A stretch of DNA of 64,000 nucleotides from Takakia lepidozioides (taxonomy: Eukaryota > Plantae > Bryophyta): positions 39,618,001 through 39,682,000 of the forward strand of contig CM060732.1 of assembly GCA_030704615.1 (NCBI GenBank), read 5' to 3'. Both the position numbers and the translations under genes were made by a program. Shown one piece after another: positions 61,258 to 64,000 of this stretch. How positions within the stretch are numbered: position 1 is the stretch's first letter; each line of letters opens with the position of its first letter. The notes under the pieces are model-generated. The model was not told the DNA's origin. It saw only the letters and a list, made by a program, of their open reading frames with translations, and searched no databases.

Positions 61258-64000
61258 TGGCACAACACCAACATACAACCAAAGAAAAGAGAGACACCAA
61301 AGAAGACACTCACATACACTCCTCTGATTGTTAGTGTATGATATTTCCATGCACTCCTGTAATCTCCCACACACTGTTATAACAGTGTATGGCACAATCT
61401 GTCTTAGCCCTACACTTTTGAAATAGTGTATGGCAGAGATGACGGTCTCATCTGTAGTATGGAGGATTGTTGTTACAAGCAAGCGGAAGGAGAGACGATG
61501 GCAGATGCACCCACAGGAGCAGGAGCAGTTCCACTGGGGGGAGAATGGCAAGCAGACACACAGCGATGGGTGGAGAGCTCTGGCAAGCCCCCTTTCAGGA
61601 TTGTGCCCGATGACACCAAGCCTATTCTTCGCGACCCTGTATCCTTTCTCTATTTTGTGTGGCACCCTCTCATCCTCGGGCAATAGGTCCTGTAGCATGG
61701 ATTGGTACAAATCTGCGCCTAAAATGTGCAAGGGGGCTTGAAGTCAGCCAACTGATGTTGCAGATGCCTGTGGCAACCGATGTTTCCAATTTTTCTGCGA
61801 TTGAACGCCCTGGGCCGGATCCTGTGGTTCTGTAGACCGTCCTGTGTGTGGAGTTTTTGTAGGCAGGGAGTAGGAAAGGCATGGGGAAGGCAATGGTGAG
61901 AACTTGGAACCCGCAAATGATCTTTATGAAAGACTGCACCGCTAAAGGTTACATGATCAGTCTAGTCTTCAGGTTTACAGAGATATTGTGAACCTCAGGA
62001 AGGTTAAGTTGAAGAATTGTGTTGTCTTGACTTTTGGACTCCCAGCTGTCTACCGCAGATCCTATTGACACAGAGCAGATTCTGCTCCGGCCCCCGCCGT
62101 TCCGTCGATGACAGCGTATCATCACGTATGAAGTGCTGAATTCTTTGGAGTCAAGCTCTGAGATGCTTACGTTTACATGCTTTAGCCCAGCATCCAGAGT
62201 GGACTGCTTCAAAACTGACCTATGCTGCACTCTATTTCCTTACTTTGCTCAGAATTTTTCTGTATGGTAAAAAGTTGCTCTGTTCGCCTGTTTGTTTGGG
62301 TTGGGATGCTTGCGATCATGTTGAGATCATGGGGATGAAGACTAGCCTGACAAGATGCTTATTTGAACCTTGCAGAATGGTGGAATTACTGAGTGCTTTT
62401 CACAAGCAATGCAAGGAAATTCAACTTTTTCGAAAGGGTACTTTGTTATCAAATTAGTGTTCGTTTGCAGCTCAGAAGTTTACTTGTTCATGTGCCAAGA
62501 GTACTGAGTTTCCAGTGTCTATCCCACAGCAATGACAGAAGGGTCAGAAGTCTCAAATTTTAGCTTCAACAGATTCCCTTGTCTTCTCAGAGTATCAAAC
62601 TGTATTGTAGTCAGGTGTTTTGAATGGACCACAGAACGTGGAGGAGACGGCACATGACACCACGTGCAAGGCTTGTTTTTCTATTCCCTGTTTTCTGTGG
62701 GGAGTAATTGAGCGTGTAAACTTGGGGTGCCTTATCTCACTCTCATGTCACAATTATGAAGTTGCGTTCTTCTCAAGTCCGTGTGTGTTTGCGAGGGAGA
62801 GAGAGAGCTCGGATCGATGTCTTCTGGAGGTTATGCTGATGAGAATCAGTTAGTGAAGTTGCCGAAGGGGATATGGAAACTTGTAACCGATCACAACACA
62901 GTAGTGACATCCACTGCTATGTAAACTTCACTTGATATTTTCTGAAGAAATAGCCACACTTGGACTGTTGTTATGTGCTCATCATGGTAGAGCCTCCACA
63001 GCTTAGAAACGTCAAAAGCCACCTGTGAGAGTTGTTATCTGGTCAGGTTTCTCTTTGGGTGAAGTTTTAATTGTACTTAACTAATAATCGTCTTGTCACA
63101 AACGGATCATACAGACCCCTGCGGTGGACTAGAGATCAGAGTTCCATATCAATGTGGTGGCATGGTAGTTACGTTGTAGTCAATTGGCCCATTAGTTTCG
63201 GTCTAGGTAAGGTACGCAGTGACACAGGTCTGTATCAAACTAGCAACCAGGACGATGACTAATGTTGCAGAACGAAGTATCAACCATGCTGCCGTTGGAG
63301 GTCTACCTTGTTGAATAGATTTAGAACATAGAGGGTACCGTGTGGCCTCATACTGGTATTGAGAAGGAGAACATAGGAAGGAGGGTTTTGCATTGAAATG
63401 TGCCATTTGCATTGTGAGCCTTATTTCCCGTTCGTACATGTGCATCAGTACAGTGATGGTCTCTTTGGCCAAAATTCTTCCCTCGGTCAGTGCAGGATCA
63501 TGAAAGCAGCAGGTCGTAGCAATGTGTCTGAGTTTGCTTTGCAATACTTAGATCCAATAGTGATCAGGTTTCTGCAGTTCCAGAACATAGCAACCAAGGC
63601 AGTGAACAACGGTCTCTTGTGCTTGGATGGGCCTTCTCCAACCTTCATACACTTGTAAAGTGGCTCTGAAAAGGGAAAATGGCCTGCGCATTGCTGCAAT
63701 GTCATAAGTGTTTCCAGAACCCACATCTTATTAAGGTGCTGATTTTGTTCCACTTGACGCACTCGGTGTAGGCAATGGTGATTTTTGTAGCTACAGGTTT
63801 CTATGCATCTGAGCGGATCCTTGATTTCCTTCCTGACATTTGTTATGCCCCTGTAGTGCAACACGCCAACAGGGTGATGACCTCTTGCATCCCTATGGAA
63901 TTCCTCTCGACCTCTGTTGAGGATTTGGATGTATCAATATGCTGTACATATCTCGACTACTGAAAGCTGTGGCTTGGATTTGAAGTTCTCCATGTGTGAG

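Noticed and set aside
61440-64000. Short ORFs at the window end
   Set aside because: No recognisable motifs or consistent exon chain; cannot support a call.

Overview
Eukaryotic nuclear DNA from a land plant, most likely a non-seed plant (spliceosomal GT-AG introns, a PLS-class PPR gene, CCCTAAA repeats). Host genes: a 15+-exon DNA topoisomerase IB gene (TOP1, minus strand, 628 to at least 14131, all catalytic motifs intact, introns loaded with one LINE family), an OSB-type PDF-motif gene remnant (about 53.6-55.6 kb) and a PLS-E PPR gene (56103-58532). The centre (20.7-47.1 kb) holds three related Ty3/Gypsy-like retroelements, the most interesting system here. They encode Gag - protease - DNMT3-like cytosine methyltransferase - [UAG-CAA-CCA candidate leaky stop] - RT - RNase H - integrase - PHD finger. 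They are not bounded by ordinary LTRs. Every genomic junction falls at a palindrome inside the LTR (GACA-GC-TGTC), with 4-bp TSDs (AGCC, CCCC). The inferred architecture is a split LTR, A...B-A-B, as expected if a circular cDNA is opened at an internal att site and integrated. A Tf1-like self-priming PBS is also present. Other content: Helitron-like elements, a Dualen/RandI-like LINE 3' fragment (RNase H plus restriction-like endonuclease) whose structured 3' RNA motif recurs three more times in the window, a SWIM zinc-finger pseudogene and minisatellites. Coordinates were read by eye and may be off by a few bases.
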